Origin: a virus
Taxonomy: Duplodnaviria; Caudoviricetes
DNA: 26,870 bases
Reading direction: 5' to 3' (one strand)
IMG/VR virus record: IMGVR_UViG_3300030372_001376
Span: 1 to 26,870 of that record
Part shown: piece by piece, positions 26,258-26,870 of the stretch
Layout of the letters: each line of letters begins with the position of its first letter
How positions within the stretch are numbered: the first letter of the stretch is position 1
The notes under the pieces: model-generated
Database searches by the model: none
The model's input: only the letters and a program-made list of their open reading frames with translations
What the model was told of the DNA's origin: nothing
Position numbers and translations under genes: made by a program

Positions 26258-26598
26258 TATGGAATATATACGTAATCGTTGTCTGAGTCTCCTGTGGTGT
26301 ACACGGTGTATGAGCTTTCGCTTAATGGTGTCGTGCCGTCTGAAACGTAGCATAACCTCTCAGCAAAGGTAGTCCCCCCACTATAGAACTTTAACATATA
26401 CATACCCTCTATTAAAGCAGGGGTTTGTACAGGGTAGCTGAACTGTTGGTAACGGTCATTGTTTACCGTTGGCGTTAAGGACAAGGTAGTAACTTTTTCA
26501 GTTAGTTGATTAGTAAATTCTAAACTTACTGCACCACTAGAATAACCGTCTAGTTTTAATACTATTGTTGAAGTTGCTGTTGAGTCTATTTGCACCAT
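26257..26598 (-). CDS. Hypothetical beta-rich protein upstream of portal, probably structural
   Basis: 113 aa; first gene after the candidate late motif. Confidence 0.6.
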   Translation of the reverse strand: MVQIDSTATSTIVLKLDGYSSGAVSLEFTNQLTEKVTTLSLTPTVNNDRYQQFSYPVQTPALIEGMYMLKFYSGGTTFAERLCYVSDGTTPLSESSYTVYTTGDSDNDYVYIP

Positions 26599-26613
26599 AC
26601 TAATATATATAAG
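26596..26613 (-). promoter_or_regulatory. Candidate late promoter/initiation motif CTTATATATATTAGTATG
   Basis: 17/18 identical to 2216-2233. Confidence 0.6.
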
Positions 26614-26628
26614 AAATACCCTAAGCGT

Positions 26629-26870
26629 TTACAACACTAACCCTTTAGAGTGCTTTTGTTTTTTTCTACCTAGCTCCATAGGTACGTTTATACAGGTGTG
26701 GTTTCCAATTATAACAGCCACGCCTAACGCCTGTTTTTTGTAGTGTTTAGCGTATGCAGCAGCGTAAGATTCTCGGTCAATCCCACACCCCACTTGACAA
26801 GCGAAGATTTTATATTTAGCTCCGACGAACCAGGTCGTTTCCATTTTTGTATGGATATGTCCCTGAACGG
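26629..26870 (-). CDS. 3' part of a calcineurin-like metallophosphoesterase (5' end outside window)
   Basis: Frame stays open upstream of the tracked Met: VQGHIHTKMETTW...QVGCGID; GHxH is metallophosphoesterase motif V. Confidence 0.75.
   Translation of the reverse strand, partial: VQGHIHTKMETTWFVGAKYKIFACQVGCGIDRESYAAAYAKHYKKQALGVAVIIGNHTCINVPMELGRKKQKHSKGLVL

Noticed and set aside
26258-26353. Arg/His-rich N-terminal extension of portal in the ORF track
   Set aside because: Off-frame overlap with the upstream gene; ATG at 26257 with TAATG coupling is the more plausible start
1-26870. DGR, integrase, tRNA, intron or IS elements
   Set aside because: No reverse transcriptase, recombinase, transposase, long repeat pair or cloverleaf seen; intergenic gaps are very short

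Overview
Near-complete (~27 kb) genome of a small tailed phage, probably siphovirus-like, with essentially all genes on the minus strand. The host is inferred to be Bacteroidota/Flavobacteria, from a TTTG-N20-TAnnTTTG promoter and A-rich starts without SD sequences. Order in transcription direction: early/replication block (SSB-like, Cro-like HTH, initiator with internal iterons, nuclease, two-chain overlapping C5 methyltransferase), NinG, sigma factor, TerS/TerL, frameshifting tail chaperone, tail genes, tape measure, prohead protease, scaffold, major capsid, major tail protein; then a phosphoesterase that appears to span both window ends, portal, adaptor and lysis genes. The standout feature is a cassette of eight extremely acidic proteins (an ArdA with a duplicated C-terminal domain, a 4-5-member ~70-aa paralogue family, two 86-aa helical proteins) inside the head-assembly operon, next to an Arg-rich scaffold. 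It is a candidate capsid-packaged DNA-mimic anti-defence payload. GATC sites are rare and survive almost only as GGATC/GATCC. All product calls come from motif recognition and synteny; no database search was run.
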